Under the pieces are notes generated by a model. The model made no database searches, was not told the origin of the DNA, and saw only the letters and a program-made list of their open reading frames with translations. From an uncultured virus (IMG/VR IMGVR_UViG_3300010885_044417) (Duplodnaviria > Heunggongvirae > Uroviricota > Caudoviricetes): DNA of 64,000 bases. Position 1 is the first letter of the stretch; each line of letters begins with the position of its first letter. A program made the position numbers and the translations under genes. The DNA lies in the IMG/VR virus record IMGVR_UViG_3300010885_044417, one strand, 5' to 3'. Shown here piece by piece: positions 1-8,355 of the stretch.

Positions 1-112
1 GGAGATTTCAGGCGTGAACATGCGCAAGCCGATGTGCGGCATAGCTGCTTGGAGAAGCTGGCCCTCGATCAGCATAGGAGAGTTTTCCAGCGCCTTTAGC
101 TTGCGGCGAGAA
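1..112. repeat. Terminal direct repeat, left copy (circular overlap)
   Basis: nt 1-112 (ggagatttcaggcgtg...gcggcgagaa) are identical to nt 63889-64000. Confidence 0.95.
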
Positions 113-696
113 TACGCTAGGCCATAGACACCGTCAATATGCTCGGCCAGAGTCTGCTCGTCTCGGCCGTCACGGTGGTAGTTGTAGTGCGCGATGACCG
201 GAGATAAACTTTGCGGCAGCCAGTGCTCGCAGAAGTTGTTCGTGTGGATATTCCATTCTGAGCCATAGGCCCAGTTGAAATACCCGTGGACCACGCGCTC
301 GTAAGCTTCGCTGGGTTCATACATCTCCTCGCGGGCAACAAAAGCGTCCTGGTGCGCCTGGATTGTCTCTTCTGGCGTGTCCAGAAGTGCGACTAGGTAG
401 ACAATTCCCAAGTCATTCATGGCCTGGTTGAGGAGAGCCGTCTGCGCCAAGAGCGTCGAGCCTCCGCGGTAGGCCATGCCATAAATCTGCTCCGACGGCC
501 AGTGGCGGTCAATGATGACGGGGCAATACCTCGACCAGCGCAGCGCTAGCCGAAGGCTCCCGACTTGGTAGGCAAACAGCCGGTCTCTGAGCGTTAGGTG
601 CAGGTAGCGGCCGCCGTGGCGCTTGCGGAATTCTTTGGCCCAAGTGGTCTTGCCGACTGCGTCAGGCCCTTCAACAACGATGATTGGGTAGTTCAT
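1..696 (-). CDS. Thymidylate-kinase-like dNMP kinase, 243 aa; spans the circular junction and ends at 63853
   Basis: Not in the ORF track. Translated by hand from ATG at 696: MNYPIIVVEGPDAVGKTT (P-loop)...VIIDRHWPSEQIYG. Open to nt 1, then continues 63888 to TAA at 63855-63853. Confidence 0.85.
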   Translation of the reverse strand, partial: MNYPIIVVEGPDAVGKTTWAKEFRKRHGGRYLHLTLRDRLFAYQVGSLRLALRWSRYCPVIIDRHWPSEQIYGMAYRGGSTLLAQTALLNQAMNDLGIVYLVALLDTPEETIQAHQDAFVAREEMYEPSEAYERVVHGYFNWAYGSEWNIHTNNFCEHWLPQSLSPVIAHYNYHRDGRDEQTLAEHIDGVYGLAYSRRKLKALENSPMLIEGQLLQAAMPHIGLRMFTPEIS

Positions 697-698
697 GG

Positions 699-1244
699 CT
701 AGAAAATTTCGTCGACAAGCTGGGTGGCAACGCGGCGAAGCACTGGAAAAAGCTTTGGCGAGAAGTTGATCGGAAGGTCCGGCAGCTTGCCGTCGACTAC
801 CTGATGCTGAGCGCGGCGGAACTCGTCGATCGAAAAGAAGCTTCGGAGGTCAGCCAGGACGATCGCGTCGTGCTTGTCTGGCTCCATATTCTTGACGCGC
901 TCGGCCAAGCCATAGACAGGCAGCGACCAGACGCCAATGACCCAGTCAAAGCCGTCGCCATTGATACTGCGGTAGACAGTGTGGAAGCTGCAGTTTTCAG
1001 GAAGCTCAGCCACGCCAAGCTCCTCATAGAGCTCGCGAACAATTCCAGACTCAAAGCTTTCGCCGTGCTCAAGGAGGCCGCTAGGGGCAGACATGCAGTT
1101 CTTGGCAGAGCGCACGCCTTCTCCACGCCACAAGAGCGCGGCTTTCTTGGTCTCAGGGTCATACGGCAGGACCATGACCACGAAGTGGGGAAGTGGTTCG
1201 GCCAGGTGCTTTTTTTCAACTAGGGCAGGATCATTGTCGGGCAT
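699..1244 (-). CDS. Nudix hydrolase
   Basis: Canonical Nudix box GLLEHGESFESGIVRELYEELGV. Start placed at ATG 1244 (MPDNDP), just after the polA stop. Confidence 0.9.
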   Translation of the reverse strand: MPDNDPALVEKKHLAEPLPHFVVMVLPYDPETKKAALLWRGEGVRSAKNCMSAPSGLLEHGESFESGIVRELYEELGVAELPENCSFHTVYRSINGDGFDWVIGVWSLPVYGLAERVKNMEPDKHDAIVLADLRSFFSIDEFRRAQHQVVDGKLPDLPINFSPKLFPVLRRVATQLVDEIF

Positions 1245-1263
1245 GTTGGTGTTGGGTTTGGGG

Positions 1264-3087
1264 TTACTTGAGGTAGCAGGGTGTGATCTTGGCTTCAGAG
1301 TCGAGAGCGATGCCGGGCATCCACTCACACTCCTCGCGCATGATTTCTTGCACGCACTCGAAAGCGTCTTTCGCCTGGTCAGCCGGCACTTCATCTGTGA
1401 TGACTTCATCGTGGACGGCAAAGAGAGTTGGGATTCCGGCATCTTCGATCTTGAGCAGTTTCTCGTAGAAGCAGTCCCGAGCCGTGGCCTGGATAATGTT
1501 CTCAACGCCGAGGCTGCCCCACATCCGGTTGACTCGGCCAGTGGCTAGCGTCGCCGTGAGCTGCCCTTTGACCTTCCTGACGTCTCGGTAAATCATGCTG
1601 TTCCAGCTAGGGAGCTCGACTTCCAGGTCGCCGCCAATCGACGACTCGAGCTGCGCGTGGATCTTGTTCCAGAAGTTGACGATCAGCCTTTCCTTGCGGC
1701 GGAAGTCTGCCACCTGCGTCTTGGCTTCCTTCGGCGTCATGTGGTAGCTGTATTGATTCCAGCAGTAGTCCACGAAGCGCTCGGCACCGCAGCCGTAGGA
1801 AAGCCCGAGCACGCGCATCTTGCACAGAGCGTAGGTGTGCGGGTCTGAAGTCTTCAAGTTAGGCCCATTGTAGGCCATCGTCTGGATTGCGTGGACCTGG
1901 TAGACTGAGATGCCCTTGTTAATCATCTTGATCTTCTCATGGTCATTGACCATCCATGCCAAAGTGCGCGGCTCGATTTGGGCCAAGTCAGCCACGATCA
2001 GCTGGCCGCCGTTCATCGCGGCTACCGCTTTGCGCATGTCCACCAAGTCTTCGGCAGGGAGGCTCTTGGCTTTTTGGCCTGGAGCCAGGTCGACGCAAGG
2101 AAACGGATCTCGCTGGAAGCCTTGCACGTTGAAGCCTTGGTCGCCGCTGGCTCTCTTTGTGTGGGCGCCGCAGTATTTCTGGCTAAAGTCAATTCTGCCA
2201 TCAGAGCGGATACGGTTGCGCATCGCCTGAAGCTTAGTCATGAGAAGATTAGCCTTGCGGTAGCGGCGCATAGACCTGACCCACGGAATGTCAGGATGCT
2301 CAGCTTCCCAGCGCTGGCAATCCGTGTTGTCTTCAGCCAGAGAGCGGGGAGGCGTGATCCCGATCTTGCGGCATTCTTCGGCCACCGCGATCTGCGAAAG
2401 CACGGCCGCTTCTTCGGAAGTGCCATTTGCCCAAGGAATCAGCTTCTTGGCTTCCCAGCATGCGCGCTCAAGCCTGGCAATTGACTGATCCAAATACTCG
2501 CTATCGGCAGGCAAGCCTCGAAGGACTTGCCGGGTCGTCATCTCGCTAATCCGCTGTTCGACGGCCGGCCACTTGTCCGAAAGATCTTCCCACAGTCTCC
2601 AGCACCAGTACGCGTCGCGCTCGGCGTACTCCAAAATTGCAGGCCAATCCTTGCTGTTGAGCAGCTCTCGATAGGTCTTATTCTCCATGACTTTCCGAGC
2701 GTCCTTGCTAACGTCGGCGCCAAAAGCTTTTTCGCAGGCTCCCTTTAAGTCTCTAGGAAGGCCGAGGTACGAAGTCAGATTTGCCGTGCAGTGCCAATTC
2801 TTTGGAGTATGCTGGGAAAGCTCTGGATGAATCTCGCATAGGCGCCTCCAAACTCGGCGGTCAAATCCTGCATTGTGGCTTGCCCAATCGAGGCCGCTAA
2901 TTTGGCCCCAGTCAAAATCATCGGGATGGCCGACAAATGAACCGCTGCGCGTGTGCACTGAGCATAGATAGACTTCAACTTCTGGATGGTGGAGGTACTG
3001 GTCGACTCCCATAGTCTTGAGGCCGATCTTCCTCTTAGGGAAGAAAGACGTTTCGAAGTCGATTGCGGCGTGTTCTTTTGGTTTCAT
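1264..3087 (-). CDS. polA: Family A DNA polymerase with 3'-5' exonuclease domain
   Basis: ExoI IDFET, ExoII HNAGFD, ExoIII YAERD; motif A DLAQIEPR, motif B KMRVLGLSYG, motif C VHDE. Confidence 0.95.
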   Translation of the reverse strand: MKPKEHAAIDFETSFFPKRKIGLKTMGVDQYLHHPEVEVYLCSVHTRSGSFVGHPDDFDWGQISGLDWASHNAGFDRRVWRRLCEIHPELSQHTPKNWHCTANLTSYLGLPRDLKGACEKAFGADVSKDARKVMENKTYRELLNSKDWPAILEYAERDAYWCWRLWEDLSDKWPAVEQRISEMTTRQVLRGLPADSEYLDQSIARLERACWEAKKLIPWANGTSEEAAVLSQIAVAEECRKIGITPPRSLAEDNTDCQRWEAEHPDIPWVRSMRRYRKANLLMTKLQAMRNRIRSDGRIDFSQKYCGAHTKRASGDQGFNVQGFQRDPFPCVDLAPGQKAKSLPAEDLVDMRKAVAAMNGGQLIVADLAQIEPRTLAWMVNDHEKIKMINKGISVYQVHAIQTMAYNGPNLKTSDPHTYALCKMRVLGLSYGCGAERFVDYCWNQYSYHMTPKEAKTQVADFRRKERLIVNFWNKIHAQLESSIGGDLEVELPSWNSMIYRDVRKVKGQLTATLATGRVNRMWGSLGVENIIQATARDCFYEKLLKIEDAGIPTLFAVHDEVITDEVPADQAKDAFECVQEIMREECEWMPGIALDSEAKITPCYLK

Positions 3088-3752
3088 TCGCGTGGGAGCA
3101 GGGAGTCTAGTATTCGGTAGTTGCCGACAAGCGCCCGGTCATACCGGTCTTGCGCCCATTTCGGAAGCTTTGGGTTTTCTGGCCAAAGAAACTTTTCGAG
3201 AGTTACGCCTTCAGTAATTTCCTGGCTTTCGAGGCATTCTTCGTCAAAGCGCAGAGAAACGACTGTGCGGACCATGTCCGCAGAGCTTTGCGCGTAGACG
3301 CGGGCAAGGAAGTCGTCTTGCAAAGTCCTGACCTCAATGGCCCTAAGGCGGCCAAACTCAGTAGCCCGGTCAATGACTTCTTGGTGGGCGCCGATCGTGC
3401 GCAGCCACTTTGCGCTTTTAGCAATCTTGGCGACCATTTCGTCCCAGACATCTTGGGCTTCTTCGAGAATGGTCTTGGTGCCAGCGTCCGATATGGACTC
3501 AAGTTCGACGATCAAGTCTTGCCTGGCCGCGTTCATTCGCCACACCCTTGGGCCGTGGGGCATGCTGTAAAAAGGACCGAGGTAGACCACAGTCCAGGGA
3601 AGGACCGGAATCGTGGCCACGTCGGTGACATTGGCTACAAAGCTGTAGGCCGTGCCGACGACAGGCTCAGAAAAGCCTGGCACTCCAGCCACGTAAAAAC
3701 GCTTGACTGAAGTCATCGGGAACTCGGGTACTTTAGCTTGGGGAAAAGACAT
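3084..3752 (-). CDS. Hypothetical protein, translationally coupled to polA
   Basis: 222-aa ORF; ATGA overlap with the polA start. Confidence 0.75.
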   Translation of the reverse strand: MSFPQAKVPEFPMTSVKRFYVAGVPGFSEPVVGTAYSFVANVTDVATIPVLPWTVVYLGPFYSMPHGPRVWRMNAARQDLIVELESISDAGTKTILEEAQDVWDEMVAKIAKSAKWLRTIGAHQEVIDRATEFGRLRAIEVRTLQDDFLARVYAQSSADMVRTVVSLRFDEECLESQEITEGVTLEKFLWPENPKLPKWAQDRYDRALVGNYRILDSLLPRE

Positions 3753-3777
3753 GCGGGCTTTGGGAATAGGAGAAAGC

Positions 3778-3812
3778 GGCAGACTATTTAACCCGCGGTC
3801 TGCCAGCGCGGG
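3778..3812 (-). promoter_or_regulatory. H-type RNA pseudoknot in a 5' leader
   Basis: Sense strand CCCGCG-ct-GGCAGAC-CGCGGG-ttaaata-GTCTGCC: a 6-bp and a 7-bp perfect stem, 25 nt upstream of ATG 3752. Confidence 0.6.
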
Positions 3813-3859
3813 GTCATGAGCAACAAGGCGCCATCACCGCCGCCTTGCCACGCAAATTC

Positions 3860-4249
3860 TTAGCTGAGATTTTTCAGCTTATAGAGAGCAGAGTCGAGCG
3901 CGCCCGCAAGCTCGTCAATCAGGTTCTGAACCTCAGAAGCCTGGCTGATGTCTGCCCGGTGCCCTTGTACGTAAGCCGCGAGCTCAGTGACATACGTAAC
4001 TTCATCATCGAGTTTTAAGTCGTAAGGCTTTGGGTACTCGAGGACTAGGCGGTTACGCCCTTGCCAGGCTTCGATGATGCCGTCGGCCAGCTCAGGCAAC
4101 GCTTTGTAAAGCTCATCGAGAGCCATGTGCTTTGCAAAGCTGGTGGTCTTAAGGTGGAGCTGGTGGGCAATCACTCCAGCCTGGAGAATTGTGCTGAAAA
4201 ACTCAGCGGCTGCTTGGTGCCTTTCAGCAGATGTTAGCTTGTTGTCCAT
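3860..4249 (-). CDS. Ferritin/Dps-like four-helix protein (DUF5856-like)
   Basis: AHQLHLKTTSFAKHMALDELY...DGIIEAWQG...NLIDE...LYKL pattern. Confidence 0.75.
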   Translation of the reverse strand: MDNKLTSAERHQAAAEFFSTILQAGVIAHQLHLKTTSFAKHMALDELYKALPELADGIIEAWQGRNRLVLEYPKPYDLKLDDEVTYVTELAAYVQGHRADISQASEVQNLIDELAGALDSALYKLKNLS

Positions 4250-4278
4250 GTTTGGGGTTAGTTTAGGGTTTTAGAAAT

Positions 4279-4440
4279 TGGTGGCCGTCTTTCCGGCCTG
4301 TCACCTTATGCGAGCGCTACTGGCAACTGGTCTGCCGCGTTAACGAAAACGCTCTTTCGGGCCGTGCCTTCTGACACTGTTGCGGCCATCCCTCGATTCC
4401 AGTGGCACGACGCAAAGCGCGTGCGGTGAAACGTGTCATG
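4279..4440 (-). ncRNA. c4/CI-like antisense RNA candidate (5' end uncertain)
   Basis: Intergenic; its 3' end reads GTGACA-GGCCG-GAAAGA-CGGCC-ACCA, resembling the c4-family terminal hairpin with an RNase-P-type CCA end. Confidence 0.6.
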
Positions 4441-4452
4441 GGAATAATTCTC

Positions 4453-5469
4453 TTAGCCGAGGCTCAGGACCCAGCGAGCAAACGCCATGTCCTTGTGAGC
4501 TCCGAGGTTCTTGAACTGCGCCACCGTGACGATGTTGCCGCTCTTCTGCTTGTCGCGAGCGCAGCTCATCCCGAGCATGTAGCCACGGGTGTCAGGGCGG
4601 AGGCTCGTGCGGCTCTGGGCCATCAACCACTTGCCAGACGTGCTGGTGCGGTAGTTGACGCCAGTGAAGCGCATCTCGGCAAGCGTGAACTTGCGCTCGC
4701 CGAACTCCAGGTTGAAGATCGGGTGCGGCTCGATGAAGTCCGGCTGCTCGAGAAGGAACAGCGTGAACAAGGCCGGGTCCACAGTCGGAGGCGTGTTGTC
4801 CTCCCACTGAGTGGTAAAGCCTGCGGCTTCCGCGTCGTTTGAACTGTCAAAGATCATCGGGATAACGCCGGACTTGTACTCGTCGTCGGTCAACTTCTGG
4901 ATAAACTTCTTCCGCCCGGTCATCAAGATAAGGTTAAGCGGAGGGCAGCCTTTGTCCCAGACCAGGATTTCGCCATTGAGGGCAATCTGGCCAACAACAA
5001 ATCCCTTCTCTTCCAAGTCCGAGCTGTTTGCCTGGACCATGTTGATGCGAGGACGCATGAGGTCGCGCTCATCAATCTCGCCGTCGATCTGGCCAAGGGC
5101 CATCGGCTGGTAAGAAGTGACTGCTCGCTCACTACCGGGCTCCTCAGCGTCGCCGTCTTCAGCCACGATCTCGGTCTTGCGGACAGCGAGCTTCTTGGCG
5201 GCGGGCTTAGGAGCTTCCTCAGCTTCCTCAGCTTCCTCAGCTTCAACGGTCTCGACTTCAGCCTCGACGGTCTCAGGCGCAGGAGCTTCCTCTCCAAGAC
5301 GCTTCTTGAGAAGCACTTTCTTGGGAGCTGCAGGTTCTTCCTCAACGGCCTGCTGCGACGCAGCTTTGGGCGCAAGGGTTTTCTTGACGGGAGCCTCAGC
5401 CTCGGTCTCGGGCTGGGCGGTGTCGGCAGCGTCTTTGCGACGCAGCGACAGTTTTGTCTGTAGTGCCAT
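4453..5469 (-). CDS. Putative ssDNA-binding/replication protein with an acidic low-complexity N-terminus
   Basis: E/A/K-rich N-terminal third, then a globular domain (DLMRPRINMVQANS). Lies between the exonuclease and polA; function inferred from context. Confidence 0.45.
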   Translation of the reverse strand: MALQTKLSLRRKDAADTAQPETEAEAPVKKTLAPKAASQQAVEEEPAAPKKVLLKKRLGEEAPAPETVEAEVETVEAEEAEEAEEAPKPAAKKLAVRKTEIVAEDGDAEEPGSERAVTSYQPMALGQIDGEIDERDLMRPRINMVQANSSDLEEKGFVVGQIALNGEILVWDKGCPPLNLILMTGRKKFIQKLTDDEYKSGVIPMIFDSSNDAEAAGFTTQWEDNTPPTVDPALFTLFLLEQPDFIEPHPIFNLEFGERKFTLAEMRFTGVNYRTSTSGKWLMAQSRTSLRPDTRGYMLGMSCARDKQKSGNIVTVAQFKNLGAHKDMAFARWVLSLG

Positions 5470-5498
5470 GGTGTTGGTGTTTGGTTGCGAGGATGCGG

Positions 5499-5777
5499 TT
5501 AGGCATTCTCAGTGTTGAGGATCTCATGGATCCGGTTCGCCAGCTCGCCGAGAGTCAGGTCAGCTGAATAGCCGAGCTGCTTCTCGTCGAGAAGACTGGA
5601 GATTCTTTCCTCGAACTCAGAGACAAGCTCAACCATGTCGAGGCTGTCAAGTCCAAGGTCTTCCTGAAGGCGGGTCTCAGCGGTGAGCTCGCTTTTAGGC
5701 GCTGCGTCGAGGGTTTCAAGACAATCCTTAAGAATCTCAAGGATGTCTTCCTGGTTGGGTTTGGGCGTAGTGCTCAT
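5499..5777 (-). CDS. acpP: Acyl carrier protein
   Basis: Small, very acidic protein with LQEDLGLDSLDMVEL (phosphopantetheine-attachment Ser) and C-terminal TLGELAN. Confidence 0.85.
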   Translation of the reverse strand: MSTTPKPNQEDILEILKDCLETLDAAPKSELTAETRLQEDLGLDSLDMVELVSEFEERISSLLDEKQLGYSADLTLGELANRIHEILNTENA

Positions 5778-6940
5778 GATTTTTTGCCACGTGCAAGCTG
5801 GACATATCGGATTTGCGGGCCGTATTGGATGATGCCTTCCTTAGCAAGGAACTCGATCGCTTCATCCTGGACTTTGCCTTTTTGACCTCGCTCGGCTTTA
5901 GCCCCGACCAGCTCACGAATCTTAGTGATTGAGACGTCGCATGAAGCTAGGAACTCGTCATTTGAAATTCCAAAGCGCTCTTGCACCATGTCGCGAACAA
6001 ACAGCGGATCTACAACGGTGGCATCGCCGTTCTTCTCGATGAGGTTAAGACCGGCATCAATCTTGCCTGTGTCATAGACAGCCAACGCAAAGCGCTTAAG
6101 TTTCTTGAGATAGTCTTCCATGGGCTTAATCCAACGGAATACGCGGACAACTTCCTCAGGGTCTGCAGAGTCGATGTCTTCAAGCGAAGTGATCGGCATG
6201 ACAGGGCACTCAAGAATGTTAGCCTCGTTGGCAAGCTTGACTTGGTACTGCTGCCAGATTGCGCAAGTTGCCTGGACAGCGCAGAAAGTGCAGTTAGTCT
6301 CATTGCTTTGCAACATCGAAGCGTCGCGGGTTTCGAGGTACTTATGGCGACGCTTGACCACAGCTCCAACTTGAGAAGCGATCATGTCGTAGTCTTTGGC
6401 GCGAGTAAAGGTATGGCTTTCATCGACAGTCAACGCCGGCTGAATAATGCGAACCGTAATCTTCTCGATGCTCGGGAAGCTAAGGAACAAGCCAAGCGCG
6501 TAGGCGCGGAACTGAATGTTTTCCTTAACATGGTCTACCGCCCACTGGCCAAACTTAAAGTCGATCATCTCAACATGGACAGGATCGTGGTCTTCAGTAG
6601 CCTCGAGAACAATGACGCGATCCGCATGGCCTTTCTCAAAGTCTTTGAGATTAAGCGCGGTAAAGTCCAGCTCGATTTCGCAGAGCGGATCATACTGTGA
6701 CCGGCCGTCAGCTTGGCGCAGGACTTCAAGAACCTGCTGGGCTACCGCACGGTCTTCTTCGCTCATGGTATCGGGAATGATCCCGCTATCCATAACTTCG
6801 TGGAGGGCAGTTCCGCGCTTAGACGCTTCGCTGTCGCCTTGGATGGACTCGTAACCTGGGCAGGTTTGGAGTGACTTAAGCCCTGAAGGGCTGATGCGGG
6901 AGTGCCCGCGACTATTATGGTTTGGTGTTTTCTTGCTCAT
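5774..6940 (-). CDS. PD-(D/E)XK/Cas4-like exonuclease (DUF2800-like)
   Basis: HSRISPS..CPG, GTALHE, GHAD, IDFKFG, QFRAYALG, CTFC...C. Confidence 0.85.
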   Translation of the reverse strand: MSKKTPNHNSRGHSRISPSGLKSLQTCPGYESIQGDSEASKRGTALHEVMDSGIIPDTMSEEDRAVAQQVLEVLRQADGRSQYDPLCEIELDFTALNLKDFEKGHADRVIVLEATEDHDPVHVEMIDFKFGQWAVDHVKENIQFRAYALGLFLSFPSIEKITVRIIQPALTVDESHTFTRAKDYDMIASQVGAVVKRRHKYLETRDASMLQSNETNCTFCAVQATCAIWQQYQVKLANEANILECPVMPITSLEDIDSADPEEVVRVFRWIKPMEDYLKKLKRFALAVYDTGKIDAGLNLIEKNGDATVVDPLFVRDMVQERFGISNDEFLASCDVSITKIRELVGAKAERGQKGKVQDEAIEFLAKEGIIQYGPQIRYVQLARGKKS

Positions 6941-6945
6941 GACGT

Positions 6946-7452
6946 TTAGGCTTGGATTTGCTGACTAAAAATAAACTCGGCAATGCGGGCGCGGATTGAC
7001 GATATTGGAACGCGCACAAGGCGAACATCGTTTTGGCTGAGGATCTCCATGCCAACCGTATCCCTTGGGTAAGGCTCGCCATAGACAACAGTGTGCACGC
7101 CGTGCGCAACTAAGTTTAATGCGCAAGGAGTGCAAGGGATCGTCGTACAAGCTACGATGTAAGCTTCGCCTCTGCGGAACAAGCTGCAAAGATTTGCCTC
7201 GGCGTGAATGACATGAGTCCGGCGGTTCTCGTCAACATTCCACCATTCTTGAGGCTGATACATCCCAGCCGCAAGTCCGTTGTACGCGGTAGCAATGACT
7301 CGGTTGTCTTTAGTTAAAGCCGCGGCGCCGACTTTACGCTTAGGGTCTTCAGAACGCATCGAGGCGATGAGCGCCAAGGCTAAGGCGTATTCTTCCTTGC
7401 TCAGGCGCAGAGCCGACGGTTCTGCTGGGTGTTTCTCGATGTTATTGCTCAT
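6946..7452 (-). CDS. dCMP deaminase
   Basis: RSEDP..KVGA, YNG, HAE and PCTPC Zn motifs. Start moved to ATG 7452, which lies 10 nt from a promoter -10. Confidence 0.92.
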   Translation of the reverse strand: MSNNIEKHPAEPSALRLSKEEYALALALIASMRSEDPKRKVGAAALTKDNRVIATAYNGLAAGMYQPQEWWNVDENRRTHVIHAEANLCSLFRRGEAYIVACTTIPCTPCALNLVAHGVHTVVYGEPYPRDTVGMEILSQNDVRLVRVPISSIRARIAEFIFSQQIQA

Positions 7453-7462
7453 GACGTGAGTG

Positions 7463-7490
7463 ACTTTATCGTGGCTAGCTGCTAAGTAAA
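7463..7490 (-). promoter_or_regulatory. Sigma70-like promoter with the shared spacer motif
   Basis: TTTACT-tagcagctagccacga-TAAAGT-10 nt-ATG. Confidence 0.55.
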
Positions 7491-7500
7491 ACAAAAAGAT

Positions 7501-8355
7501 CTACGTAGATTTTGGCCAGTCTCGATAGCTATTGATGCTAGCCCTGTCAATGGTCGTGGTTACTTCGCCAGCAACGTTCCAAAACAAATCGCCGGGCTCT
7601 GTGTATTCCCACACTTTTGCGTCGTAGTTTGACGCCGATGGAAACGGTGGCTTAACGAGGCTGTCTTGCGCGAAGTCTCTGTAGTGGCCGACAATGTTGC
7701 AGCGGCCGCGTTCGCCATGCTGAATGTTGCGAGCAACCGCGACGCCATTTGCTTGAGCCTCGGGCCAAGCAATCTGCAAAGCTCTATTAAGAACGCCAGT
7801 TGAGAATGCCGTCCAGAAAGAATCCGGAATGCAAAGATCAAACGCGGTCTTGACAATCATTGCCGTGACTAGCTTGTGCTTAAGTCCGAGCGGAACAAAG
7901 AAAGCGTTATTTTCTTCAGCCCACTTAGCCGCGATCAAGTTTAAGTTCGGCATTGCCGCTATGCGGTGGAAGTGGTACTCGCAGCCGTGCTCAATGCACC
8001 AAGCCTGATGCGTTGAGACTTCTTTTGAAGAAGGCATAAACAGAACCAGCTTTTTGCCGTAGAGTTTGCATAGCTTAGTGAGGCTTACGCCTGCAAATCC
8101 ACACCGAGGCTGCACATAGACAATTGTGTCACTCGGGCAAGTTGCAACTAAAAATTCACCGGCTCTGGCCTTAGTTCCAACATCGATTAAGTCTTCGCGG
8201 ACAACATATCGGCCTTCGTGCATTTGAATGACCGGGTCCGGGAAGCTGCTCTTAAAATCGCCAACCATTTCGAGATACTGATCTCGCGTGTAGATGGCGT
8301 CTTTGTTTACTTCCGAAGCTGTGACTGAAAATTTTGGTACTCTTGTTCCGTCCAT
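7501..8355 (-). CDS. PLP-dependent enzyme (fold type II-like), of the kind seen in phage DNA hypermodification loci
   Basis: VVREDLIDVGTKAR (PLP Lys), GFAGVSL, FVPLGL, AFSTGVL, YDAKVW, FWNVAG. Confidence 0.8.
   Translation of the reverse strand: MDGTRVPKFSVTASEVNKDAIYTRDQYLEMVGDFKSSFPDPVIQMHEGRYVVREDLIDVGTKARAGEFLVATCPSDTIVYVQPRCGFAGVSLTKLCKLYGKKLVLFMPSSKEVSTHQAWCIEHGCEYHFHRIAAMPNLNLIAAKWAEENNAFFVPLGLKHKLVTAMIVKTAFDLCIPDSFWTAFSTGVLNRALQIAWPEAQANGVAVARNIQHGERGRCNIVGHYRDFAQDSLVKPPFPSASNYDAKVWEYTEPGDLFWNVAGEVTTTIDRASINSYRDWPKST

Noticed and set aside
4279..4360. Possible tRNA because of the 3' ACCA
   Set aside because: No cloverleaf or T-loop (TTCRA); it fits a c4-like hairpin better
5774..6940. 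Cas4 as evidence of a CRISPR-related system
   Set aside because: Stand-alone Cas4-like/DUF2800 nucleases are common beside phage polA, and no other cas genes were seen
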